Assembly (NCBI RefSeq): GCF_024298765.1
Contig: NZ_CP101210.1
Reading direction: 5' to 3' (one strand)
DNA from: Escherichia coli
GTDB lineage: Bacteria; Pseudomonadota; Gammaproteobacteria; Enterobacterales; Enterobacteriaceae
Length of the DNA: 64,000 nucleotides
The notes below the pieces were generated by a model that was not told the origin of the DNA, searched no databases, and saw nothing but the letters and a program-made list of their open reading frames with translations. Below are positions 32,114 through 41,393 of this stretch, in pieces; the stretch's first letter is position 1; each line of letters begins with the position of its first letter. Both the position numbers and the translations under genes were made by a program.

Positions 32114-33534
32114 ATGAGCCAGCTAATCGTACAGTAAATAATTTGAGAAAGAGCGGAGACCTGCAAGGGGCTTGGGAGTTTGGTTTTCAAGCGTTGCAGG
32201 CAGCTCCCCAAGATACTTACTTGAAAGGTGCTTTATTTTGGGTGTGTTATGAGTTTCTTAAGCACCAGCTTGAAAATCTAAATAAGCGAGCGAGTTCTTC
32301 AAACAACTATCGTCCTACTGATTTTGAATTTGAGCAAATAGAGAACTTGCTGCAAACCATAGTAAATTTAGATATTGCTACTGGCGGCCTAGAGTACAAA
32401 ATGCTGCTGGTTCAGTTTAAGAAGAGTTTGGAATGGTTTCCAACCTTGATTCACCTTGTGCTTCGACATCAAACTGTACTATTTGATGATGAGGCTAAAA
32501 CACCTTTTCAAGCTGAAAAAGGTGAAGTGCCAAGTTTGATGCTCTCAACAGCACGCCAAGTGGCGAGTGCATGGCTTAGAGCACGAGAGTATTGGCATCT
32601 AGATCTTAACCAAGTGATGGCATTTATTAACCAAACACGCGAGCAAGCCTCTGACACTAAACATATGATGTGGCTTGATTACGACCAAGCGAAGTGCCTT
32701 GTTGTTGCGGGCCAATACGATCAGGCTCGCGAACTCATTCTACCCATTTTAAGAAAGAAGCAAAAAGAGTCTTGGGCTTGGGGAGCGTTGGCTGCTACTT
32801 ATTCAAAACAAGATCAGCGTTTAGCAATGAAGTTTTTTGCTAGGGGAATAGTATCCGCACATGACGTTACTTTTAGTTTACGTTTATTACAGGGAATTAT
32901 TCCTTTATTACTTGCAAATCAACAGCAAGCTGAAGCCTCAATGTGCCTAAAAACGGCTATTGCGGCTTATCAAGCCCATGGGTGGAAGCTAAAGCAAGAG
33001 CTAGAACAGCTATCTATGCAGGCTTGGTATGATTCTGGTGTCGATGAGAAGCAACTGAGTCCTTTTTTAAACTCTATTTCTCACGACGCTTTAAATTACT
33101 TGCATGGGCCGATGGAGAAGGTTGTTGCTATCGTAGAGAATATCCATAAATCCGGTAAAGGCTTTCAAGTATTCGTAAATAAGTCGACATCACTATCAGT
33201 TCGCATGGGGGTTCATAAAGGTAAGCAGAAACCTCAGGCTGGTGACTATGTCGAGCTATCCGTAGCGAGTGTTGATGGAAACAAAGAAGTAGTAGCTTCC
33301 TCATCGTCCAAGCAAGTAGATATGGCTGATGTTTCGTATGTAGAGGGTACGCTTCGAATAGCACCCAAAGGCTTCGGATTTGTCGAGGATACTTTTGTTC
33401 CTCCCTTTGTTATAGGTAATTTAAAAAATGAAACAAAAGTCAGAGCACTCCGTATCATGAGTTGGGACAAATCTAAAGCTCGCCACAACTGGAAAGCGAT
33501 TAAGTTAACGGAACTAAATTTTAATGAAGACTAA
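32110..33534 (+). CDS. Helical-repeat (TPR-like) protein with C-terminal cold-shock/OB-like module; partner of the helicase
   Basis: Start taken at ATG 32110 (MNEPANR), forming an ATGA overlap with the helicase stop; the track start is 32089. The alpha-helical N-terminal 330 aa includes TPR-like segments (DYDQAKCLVVAGQYDQARELILPIL, WAWGALAATYSKQDQRLAMKFFARGI). C-terminus has ...KSGKGFQVFV... and ...LRIAPKGFGFVEDTFVPPFVI... (RNP1-like KGFGF). Confidence 0.75.
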   Translation: MNEPANRTVNNLRKSGDLQGAWEFGFQALQAAPQDTYLKGALFWVCYEFLKHQLENLNKRASSSNNYRPTDFEFEQIENLLQTIVNLDIATGGLEYKMLLVQFKKSLEWFPTLIHLVLRHQTVLFDDEAKTPFQAEKGEVPSLMLSTARQVASAWLRAREYWHLDLNQVMAFINQTREQASDTKHMMWLDYDQAKCLVVAGQYDQARELILPILRKKQKESWAWGALAATYSKQDQRLAMKFFARGIVSAHDVTFSLRLLQGIIPLLLANQQQAEASMCLKTAIAAYQAHGWKLKQELEQLSMQAWYDSGVDEKQLSPFLNSISHDALNYLHGPMEKVVAIVENIHKSGKGFQVFVNKSTSLSVRMGVHKGKQKPQAGDYVELSVASVDGNKEVVASSSSKQVDMADVSYVEGTLRIAPKGFGFVEDTFVPPFVIGNLKNETKVRALRIMSWDKSKARHNWKAIKLTELNFNED

Positions 33535-33591
33535 GTCACTTTCCGGCGAAATCGAGTTAGGACAGGCTCAAGAATTAGCCGAGGTCGAATA

Positions 33592-33688
33592 ATGGCAACC
33601 CGAGTAGAAATGATTATCGAAACGCTCAAGGCGAACCCCGACAAGAAGTTTACTGCTCGGGACTTAGCCAAAGAATTTGTGCTTCGAT
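33592..33688 (+). pseudogene. First 32 codons of a third operon gene (winged-helix/HARE-HTH-like N-terminus), truncated by IS903
   Basis: MATRVEMIIETLKANPDKKFTARDLAKEFVLR|IS903. GAGG RBS upstream. The pattern resembles N-terminal HTH modules of McrB-like and other restriction-associated ATPases (weak, short). Confidence 0.5.
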
Positions 33689-34745
33689 GGCTTTGTTGAA
33701 TAAATCGAACTTTTGCTGAGTTGAAGGATCAGATCACGCATCTTCCCGACAACGCAGACCGTTCCGTGGCAAAGCAAAAGTTCAAAATCACCAACTGGCC
33801 CACCTACAATAAAGCCCTCATCAACCGTGGCTCCATAACTTTCTGGCTGGATGATGAAGCTATTCAGGCCTGGTATGAGTCAGCAACACCTTCTTCACGA
33901 GGCAGACCTCAGCGCTATTCTGACCTTGCCATCACGACTGTGCTGGTCATTAAACGCGTATTCAGGCTGACCCTGCGCGCTGCGCAGGGCTTTATTGATT
34001 CCATTTTTTCTCTGATGAACGTTCCGCTACGCTGCCCGGATTACAGCTGTGTCAGCAGGCGGGCAAAGTCGGTTAATGTCAGTTTCAAAACGCCCACCCG
34101 GGGTGAAATCGCACATCTGGTGATTGATTCCACCGGGCTGAAGGTCTTCGGTGAAGGCGAGTGGAAAGTCAAAAAGCATGGCCAGGAACGCCGCCGTATC
34201 TGGCGTAAGCTGCATCTCGCCGTTGACAGTAAAACACATGAAATCATCTGTGCAGACCTGTCGCTGAACAACGTTACGGACTCAGAGGCCTTCCCCGGGT
34301 TAATCCGGCAAACCCACCGGAAAATCAGGTCAGCCGCCGCCGATGGCGCTTACGATACCCGGCTATGTCACGATGAACTGCGGCGTAAGAAAATCAGCGC
34401 GCTTATCCCTCCCCGAAAAGGTGCGGGTTACTGGCCCGGTGAATATGCAGACCGTAACCGTGCAGTGGCTAATCAGCGAATGACCGGGAGTAATGCGCGG
34501 TGGAAATGGACAACAGATTACAACCGTCGCTCGATAGCGGAAACGGCGATGTACCGGGTAAAACAGCTGTTCGGGGGGGCACTGACGCTGCGTGACTACG
34601 ATGGTCAGGTTGCGGAGGCTATGGCCCTGGTACGAGCGCTGAACAAAATGACGAAAGCAGGTATACCTGAAAGCGTGCGTATTGCCTGAAAACACAACCC
34701 GCTACGGGGGAGACTTACCCGAAATCTGATTTATTCAACAAAGCC
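33689..34745 (+). mobile_element. IS903 (IS5 family), complete (1057 bp)
   Basis: 18-bp inverted repeats ggctttgttgaataaatc (33689-33706) and gatttattcaacaaagcc (34728-34745). 9-bp flanks tgcttcgat and gttgccaaa do not match. Confidence 0.95.
33766..34689 (+). CDS. IS903 transposase (307 aa, GTG start)
   Basis: VAKQKFKITNWPTYNKALINRGSITFWLDDEAIQAWY...; recognised IS903/IS102 transposase. The track ORF starts earlier, at 33721. Confidence 0.9.
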   Translation: MAKQKFKITNWPTYNKALINRGSITFWLDDEAIQAWYESATPSSRGRPQRYSDLAITTVLVIKRVFRLTLRAAQGFIDSIFSLMNVPLRCPDYSCVSRRAKSVNVSFKTPTRGEIAHLVIDSTGLKVFGEGEWKVKKHGQERRRIWRKLHLAVDSKTHEIICADLSLNNVTDSEAFPGLIRQTHRKIRSAAADGAYDTRLCHDELRRKKISALIPPRKGAGYWPGEYADRNRAVANQRMTGSNARWKWTTDYNRRSIAETAMYRVKQLFGGALTLRDYDGQVAEAMALVRALNKMTKAGIPESVRIA

Positions 34746-35282
34746 GTTGCCAAACCTGAAATAACACTTAGCTGTGATGATTCGCTATTACCTACCGATG
34801 GCTTCGGAAAACATAAATTAAAAATGCCCAGAGGAGTACTATTATCGTTAGCATTACCCGAACGCCGTATTAACGGTTATTTATTGGTAAGAGCTACGTT
34901 CCATGGCAAGAGTTCATCAACAGGTTGGAAGGCCATTCCGGCAAAACTCTCAGTATATGGCGCAGATACCATTCAGACAGCAGGTCCCGCTCAGCCCGTA
35001 CAGTAGAGCGCCGTTCACTACCGTAATCGCTACCGAAGAACACATTGATTGCCCCTCAATAATCCTGCTGTTAACATCAAAATTGTTGGTCGGGCTCGAT
35101 TTATTTAATTGTGTAAACAGGGTCTCTCAGAGAAAGGCCCTTATGCATCACCTGACGTTAAAAGTCACTACACCCAAGATGACGTTCAAAGTGTCATAGT
35201 CCCCTGCGCTGAGGACAAAGCCACACGTTAACGACAAATCCACGCGATAACTTACGATAGTTCGGACATAAGCCCCCATAAT

Positions 35283-35846
35283 TCAGTTATGTCGTGGTCG
35301 GCCGCGGTTACTTTTTTCGGGAAGCCTGCTACGGCCCAGAATAATACCGTGTTCTTTCTGATCTTGTTTAGCCAGATAGCTAAGGGCGTAACGTAAGTCG
35401 TCTACCGCAGACTTATCACTATAGTGAATCACGTGATCGATACGCACCGGGTATTTATCTTTAGCCCGGCACAGGTGAAAATAACCCTCCCCTTCCGTGA
35501 TCCGCCTCCAGATATCCCCCAGTTGCCTGGATATCTGATAAGAGTTCTTGTGACGTTGCCCATCCAGATAGCCGATAAAATGAATATGAAGCCCTTTGTC
35601 TGGTGTATATTCCATAACCCAGTAATATCCTGCCAACATCGTCTGGGTTTCGCTAAGTAAACGGTATATTTCCATACACATACTGTGCTTACAGGAATGC
35701 CCGAAACTGGGCGTGTCTTTCCTGTAGGCAAAATCAATTCTGAAAGGTAACAGTTTAGAAAAACGTTGAAACAATCCCTCCATGTGTTCATTCACATCTT
35801 TCAGAATCGCGAAATTCATTTCGTAATTGGGATTGGCATTATACAT
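35283..35846 (-). CDS. YagK/YfjJ-family protein (inovirus Gp2-type domain) of CP4-type islands
   Basis: 187 aa, ...YYWVMEYTPDKGLHIHFIGYLDGQRH...HVIHYSDKSAVDDLRYALSYLAKQ. Position downstream of the yfjI-like gene as in CP4-57. Confidence 0.8.
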   Translation of the reverse strand: MYNANPNYEMNFAILKDVNEHMEGLFQRFSKLLPFRIDFAYRKDTPSFGHSCKHSMCMEIYRLLSETQTMLAGYYWVMEYTPDKGLHIHFIGYLDGQRHKNSYQISRQLGDIWRRITEGEGYFHLCRAKDKYPVRIDHVIHYSDKSAVDDLRYALSYLAKQDQKEHGIILGRSRLPEKSNRGRPRHN

Positions 35847-36735
35847 TTTATAGTCCTTACTTTATAAAATTCACAGGAAGAGGGAATTACGTAAATACTG
35901 AGAGTACATAAACGCCGTACCACGGCATTAATAAACGAGGTAACCAGCAGTACAGACAACCTGATAAAACTGTTTTGTATTACCGCATCGCTGTAACAAG
36001 GTAATACTTCAGAATTCAGTGAGGCTCTCTTAAACAGAGGACCAGTAATAATTACAATGGCAAAAACACACCTCAATATAATTGAATTTAAGAAAGCACC
36101 ATTCAATCACTTACAGGAAGTAATCTGATCTTCACAAAAGTCAGCTATCGAATAGCCACAGGCAACACCGCTATTGATACCCCACACACCATAAGAAGAT
36201 TATTCCATACAGAAAAAATTATATTTACCCATACTTATAAACTGTAACGGAGCTATGACGTACGAACTAAAGACACTACACTCTAATAGAGTTCTGGTAC
36301 CTAACCAGTGTTAAATACGAACCAGACATACATTCTATGGATTAATTTTCTCAATATTACGCTATGAGTGTAGTAACATAATTTACACCACATACACCAC
36401 CACACTGTAGTTAGTATATGGGGAGACATTACGATAAAAAGAGATAAGTTATACCACAGATACCACCACACAATACCATAACTCCCATTAATAATACTAA
36501 TTAACCTAAATTATTTATTGAATACGAAAACAATGAAGGTCCCACCTCACCTCAGACTAAAGCCGACAATATCCTGAGCAACACTCTATCCAATAGTAAA
36601 TAGTGGTTACACCAGTTATATTTACTGACTGACCTGTACCAGAGTTTTCTAATACAACAACGCTGACATGGTAAAGGCATTAGTCTCCTCCGCAAGTAGC
36701 AGAGGAGACTATATGTTACTCAACGATTAAGTCGT

Positions 36736-38187
36736 TCAGAGGTCAAAGTTAGGTGCGACACACAACGTTTTTCCCTCAATAACCGGTACAACTCTGTTTT
36801 GTTCATACAGTAAATCCAGTAACCAGTTGATTTTATCCTTTTTCCGGAAACGGTTCGGACCACGCTGTAAAATATCATTTTTTTTCATACAGGGGATCCC
36901 CTTCTCAATGCAATAGCTTTTTATCCAGTTGAAAAGTTCAAGCTCCTCTGGAATGAGTCGCACAGGTACGGTCAGGGCAGGGTTGTCAAAAGTTAACGGA
37001 TTAGACAACCGCACATACTCATTACCGTACCATATTGCTAATTCTCTCGCCATTTCTGCAGTGTAAGGGGAAATGTCCCCCTCTTCACCGCTCGAATGGT
37101 GAATAAGTCCTGCCAGTCTTGCCATATACTCTGCATTTTTAGCAGCATATTCCCGGCAATGTCTTAAAGGCCCCAATCCCCCCAGCTTCGATTCCACATC
37201 GTTGTAATAATCCGTCCAGATTCTGGCAGCCTGAGGAGAAAAGTGAAGGCAACGTCGTTCACCACTCATCGCCAGATTTTCATCAATAAGCTCATTGATC
37301 CTCTGTTCAAACAAATCCTGATACTGTGATGAATAATTATCTCCGGTTATTATCCTTGTCCCCTGCGTTGATGTTGGTTGACACATCAAAAACCTTGCAT
37401 GATGTCCTGACGTTTTCACAAGTTCTTTTTTTCGCGTACAAAAACCTTTCTGGTAAACATCAGGCTGAATCATCACCGATACCGTCAGTCTTGGATCCTT
37501 CAAAATAATTCCGGGAGATGATTTCCTGTCGATGAAAAGAGAACCACCATCCCACAAAGAGTTAAGTATTCCAAGTTTACTCATTGCCCGGCCATCAAAA
37601 ATTATTCCTCCTTCACTGGATACAAGAGCAAAAGAGCGATTGCTGTCGGAATAATATTTTAACATTCCCTCTATCGTTGTCTCATTGAAAATTGTCCGGC
37701 GTATCTGCGGCGGAACAGGACATTTATTCAGATGTCTTTTAAGCTCTGACTCTGTTGCCTTACAATCTTTACCGGCGCGAATTTCTTTATGCAATTTTGA
37801 CTCCAGTGCTTTTTGCTTTTGCTCCCATATTTCCTTTTCTGTACTGTAATTCTCAACCAGTTTCGCGTATTCTTCCGCCAGGGCTTCATCCCTGAGATAA
37901 AATGCTTTCATAAACACTTTATCCACGGTCGTTTTCCTTTCACCGGAATCAGCCAGAATCAGAGAGTAAAGATTAACAGGCCCACGTAAATTTCCAGGTC
38001 TGCACACGTCAATCTGATTCTGACAGGCACTTGAGAACGCTGTTAATGCGGATGTCGCCACCATAGCCAAAGGTGCCTGTGTATTTTTTTGAGTTTCAAT
38101 TATTGCATTTCTCACCAGCGGTGGTAGTGCATATACCGGATAAGGATTTTCTGGTGCAAGTAAGCACATAAAAGCCTCTCTTTTCAT
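36736..38187 (-). CDS. YfjI-like DUF3987 protein
   Basis: 483-aa track ORF; the true start is possibly MCLLAPENPYPVY at 38169. Order alpA - yfjI - yfjJ as in K-12 CP4-57. Confidence 0.8.
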   Translation of the reverse strand: MKREAFMCLLAPENPYPVYALPPLVRNAIIETQKNTQAPLAMVATSALTAFSSACQNQIDVCRPGNLRGPVNLYSLILADSGERKTTVDKVFMKAFYLRDEALAEEYAKLVENYSTEKEIWEQKQKALESKLHKEIRAGKDCKATESELKRHLNKCPVPPQIRRTIFNETTIEGMLKYYSDSNRSFALVSSEGGIIFDGRAMSKLGILNSLWDGGSLFIDRKSSPGIILKDPRLTVSVMIQPDVYQKGFCTRKKELVKTSGHHARFLMCQPTSTQGTRIITGDNYSSQYQDLFEQRINELIDENLAMSGERRCLHFSPQAARIWTDYYNDVESKLGGLGPLRHCREYAAKNAEYMARLAGLIHHSSGEEGDISPYTAEMARELAIWYGNEYVRLSNPLTFDNPALTVPVRLIPEELELFNWIKSYCIEKGIPCMKKNDILQRGPNRFRKKDKINWLLDLLYEQNRVVPVIEGKTLCVAPNFDL

Positions 38188-38417
38188 TAATGGGTTAGTA
38201 AAGCAGCAGCAACTCCCGCTATAATAGCGAAATAGCTGCTGTTCAGACCTAATGTTCTGAGAAATACAGAATATCTGTAGATCTGATGTTTAATAAACCG
38301 ATAAGGTTAATTCAGTTCATACTGTGTTATTTACCACGAAATATCATTCATGTTTCTCATTCTTAACACCTCCTAAAATTATTTCACTAACACCTTCCCC
38401 CCGGTCTTTTTCCTTTC

Positions 38418-38645
38418 TCAGGAATCAGCCAGAACCATAGTGTAAATATTAACAGGCCCACGTAAATTTCCAGGTCTGCACACGTCAATCTGATTCTGAC
38501 AGGCAATTGACATCGCTGTTAATAATGATGTGGTAGTCATAGCCAGAGATGCTTTTTCATTGTGTTGAGTTTCAATTATTGCATTTCCAGTCATTGATGG
38601 TTGCGCATATACTGGATACGGAGTATCCGGTTTGATGTAAGACAT
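38418..38645 (-). pseudogene. Duplicated 5' fragment (75 codons) of a yfjI-like gene
   Basis: MSYIKPDTPYPVYAQPSMTGNAIIETQHNEKASLAMTTTSLLTAMSIACQNQIDVCRPGNLRGPVNIYTMVLADS parallels residues about 7-82 of the 36736..38187 protein. The stretch acaggcccacgtaaatttccaggtctgcacacgtcaatctgattctgacaggca is shared at nucleotide level. Confidence 0.8.
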
Positions 38646-38750
38646 AAATATTTCCTTTTTTCGTAATAACTTTCGGTTATAGCAGCTATTTCCGCTACAA
38701 TAGCAACAATAGCTGCTATACAGACTGGATATACTGAAAATACAGACAGT

Positions 38751-38999
38751 TCATCTGGTCTGTATCCAGCAAAGAAGGTCACTTAACAACCATCCGCAAG
38801 ATTTCTTTCCGATAGACTTACGTGGTGGAAATTTTCCCTCCCGTTCAAGTTTCCACGCTTGTGTACGAGAAATTGACGTGATCTCATATCGTTCCTTTTC
38901 ACGTACCAGTCTGTCGCATTCAATCCCATAAGCTTTCAAAATGACCAGACGCTGTTCATCTGTTAATGGAAGCCACATACTACCCTCCTGATATATCAA
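38751..38999 (-). CDS. AlpA-family (prophage CP4-57 regulatory) DNA-binding protein
   Basis: ...LVREKERYEITSISRTQAWKLEREGKFPPRKSIGKKSCGWLLSDLLCWIQ fits the AlpA pattern (HTH, FP..., W....W). Start uncertain (38999 or 38978). Confidence 0.7.
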   Translation of the reverse strand: MIYQEGSMWLPLTDEQRLVILKAYGIECDRLVREKERYEITSISRTQAWKLEREGKFPPRKSIGKKSCGWLLSDLLCWIQTR

Positions 39000-39254
39000 T
39001 ACTTTTTATTTCCGGCATGAGCATGAAATGACTAAGTTTCCCGGATAAACAATGAGTGAAAGTCACTATCATTCATCCAGTCAACGCCTTGCAAATAAAA
39101 TGTAATACTATGATTTTTATAGGTCAAAATACTAAATTACAATGTTAAAATGGCTTTTAACAGAAAAAATAAAGACATATGGAACCAAATAAAAACAAGC
39201 CACGACCAATAAAAACAAAAGATTAATATTAAAAATCCATTATGACGATTTTTG

Positions 39255-39283
39255 TTGACTAAAATTAGGTTGGGATATATAAA
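39255..39283 (+). promoter_or_regulatory. Near-consensus sigma70 promoter candidate with a downstream palindrome
   Basis: TTGACT (39255-39260), 17 bp, TATAAA (39278-39283). Palindrome tttgtgat-aatc-atcacaaa at 39349-39368. About 390 bp upstream of the 545-aa ORF. Confidence 0.3.
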
Positions 39284-39669
39284 TAAATCCATGTAAAATT
39301 CAAACAAGGCATAGAGGAGCCGCAGGAAGGTGAAATATTTCCATCTAATTTGTGATAATCATCACAAAAATAAGCTACAACAAGCGGAGGAAAAGACAAT
39401 CTGTTGCTGAACAGACAGAAGCAGGCTACGAATGATCGGAAAATGAAGCAAATACGCTTATACAGAAGACGCAGAGGTAACTGACGGAGACAATCACAAT
39501 CAGGAGAAAATTATCGTAAATAATGTATAAAATCTCAGGATATAAACAAATGTACACAAGCTATCCACGTAATCAGCGGCTGGCTCAGGATTGACGTTTC
39601 ATTTCAGTGGACAACATCGATTCTGTCTGACAGCGGACCAATATGTAGCAAGCAGAAACTTCTGACATC

Positions 39670-41307
39670 ATGGTAACTCGGACAATGCAACAAAAGTATC
39701 AGTATGATCGTGTTTTATCCGGCGAACTCCACCCATTCCCTGGCATATACGAGGCGGTTTCCGAACAAATCCTTTTGCTCATTTTTAAAGCACGTCAACT
39801 ATATCAGGATCCAGAATATCGCCCCTGGTTTGAAGAACAGCACAGAGTACTCTCTGCATTACGTGCCAATACAGAGCTCCTGAGAATCTTTAGAGAACAA
39901 AGAAGCGCTGAAGAACCAAAGCTTACTATTGAAGAGTCTACCTCCCCCCAACCCACTCCTTCTGCTCTTACAGATGCGCTTAATGTGATGTGCCATTTAT
40001 ACAATGGTTTTGATGAAGGAAATATCAGTCTGAAAACCTGGGGGGCGATGCAAGAGGTACAGACAACATCAACCTTTATCAGCCCAGGACCGAGAACCTG
40101 GAAAACACCTGAACTGGCAAAGTTTGTAGGAGATGATTTATTTAATATTCTGACTGAATGTAAGGCCTGGAGTTCACCAATTCCAGCAGAAACCCGACAG
40201 GGGTATTGCCATCAGGATCTGTCTGTTGCACACTCCTGCACCTCAGAGTTACTGGCACACCTGAATCAATATCATGAAATTGATGAATCAGCAATACTTG
40301 CCAGAGTTATTGGTATAACAGTTAACGGATTCTACAAGAAAAATAATACAGACCTTCCAGAATGGCTATCCCCCTTTAAAGAGGAACATAAAATATTCAA
40401 AGATTGTCCGGAGCAAAATACCGGGGATGTAATCAGACGGAAAGAACAACTGTTGAAAACAGGACGTACAGAATTCGTGAATAATTTGTGTCGGGTCGCC
40501 AACTGGTATGAAATTGAGTCAATATACGATGAATACGTCCGTCTTTATGCCAATGAAATCATTGACTGGTTCAACAAAACCATGAAGTATTTTAAACCAA
40601 CAGATTTTATCCGATATACATGGAAATTCGCAACAGTTACTCCGGATAAAGATACAGAAACCGGGCATACAACTGCATGGGAAAAGGATTATTGCCAGAT
40701 AACCATACAACGTGATGAACTTCTGAGGTTGATTCACACTAATACCCTTCAGGATGCTGTAATTTATCTTTGTCATTGTCTGCAGGAGAAATACAAGAAA
40801 TCATCCCAGAATGAGACAGAGTTTCCAGGAATAAAACCTCCGGCATCAGAGAGTGAAATTAATATAACAGATAATTTTGAATTTCATTCTCTTCTGGAGC
40901 TAAGTAAAGATAATGAGAAGCGGCTGGAAACATTTCAAAAATGGTATGAAAAAAATAAAGTTTTGTTAGAAAGTCATAAACAAAAACGAACAGAGAAGAT
41001 TGACGTTGCCGTACGACTTGTAGGGCTGAAAGCCTATGATCTGCATGAAGGGATTCCGGATAGTCCAAAACGAAAAGTTAAAGATGGCATAAATGAAGAC
41101 ATCAAAGCCGATACCAGTTTACGCCTGTCAAAGACAAATATAAGTGATACGTCGCTAAACCGTTATCGCCGCACTGTTAAGGAGATTATCAATAACGAAA
41201 TCGACGCATTCCTGTTGGAACAGAAGAAAAAAAATAAAAGATTTCCCTACAGTGAAGATAGAGATGTGATTCGCCCTTTATGGGGAAAATGCCTGACCGG
41301 GCAGTAG
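39670..41307 (+). CDS. Hypothetical protein, 545 aa, no family recognised
   Basis: Long uninterrupted ORF in AT-rich DNA, with a good terminator downstream. Basic C-terminal tail (LLEQKKKNKRFPY). Confidence 0.6.
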   Translation: MVTRTMQQKYQYDRVLSGELHPFPGIYEAVSEQILLLIFKARQLYQDPEYRPWFEEQHRVLSALRANTELLRIFREQRSAEEPKLTIEESTSPQPTPSALTDALNVMCHLYNGFDEGNISLKTWGAMQEVQTTSTFISPGPRTWKTPELAKFVGDDLFNILTECKAWSSPIPAETRQGYCHQDLSVAHSCTSELLAHLNQYHEIDESAILARVIGITVNGFYKKNNTDLPEWLSPFKEEHKIFKDCPEQNTGDVIRRKEQLLKTGRTEFVNNLCRVANWYEIESIYDEYVRLYANEIIDWFNKTMKYFKPTDFIRYTWKFATVTPDKDTETGHTTAWEKDYCQITIQRDELLRLIHTNTLQDAVIYLCHCLQEKYKKSSQNETEFPGIKPPASESEINITDNFEFHSLLELSKDNEKRLETFQKWYEKNKVLLESHKQKRTEKIDVAVRLVGLKAYDLHEGIPDSPKRKVKDGINEDIKADTSLRLSKTNISDTSLNRYRRTVKEIINNEIDAFLLEQKKKNKRFPYSEDRDVIRPLWGKCLTGQ

Positions 41308-41316
41308 ATCACAGAT

Positions 41317-41350
41317 GGGATAACATCCCGGTTATCCCCTGTTTGTTCTG
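41317..41350 (+). terminator. Rho-independent terminator after the 545-aa ORF
   Basis: gggataac-atcccg-gttatccc stem-loop (41317-41338), then ctgtttgttctg. Confidence 0.6.
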
Positions 41351-41393
41351 CTTCAGGTTGCCGGAGCTCCAGGAACACGAGGCAATCGGCAAA

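Noticed and set aside
35816-36106. 96-aa minus-strand ORF upstream of the yagK/yfjJ-like gene
   Set aside because: It overlaps the start of the yagK/yfjJ-like gene, has no RBS or motif, and lies in AT-rich DNA where such ORFs arise by chance. It is left unannotated.
36107-36735. 630-bp AT-rich non-coding stretch with ACCACA-type short repeats; considered as an sRNA or small-gene locus
   Set aside because: No convincing promoter-terminator pair, hairpin or conserved-looking ORF could be identified by eye. It probably represents H-NS-type AT-rich island spacer. RNA-seq or covariance-model searches would be needed to say more.
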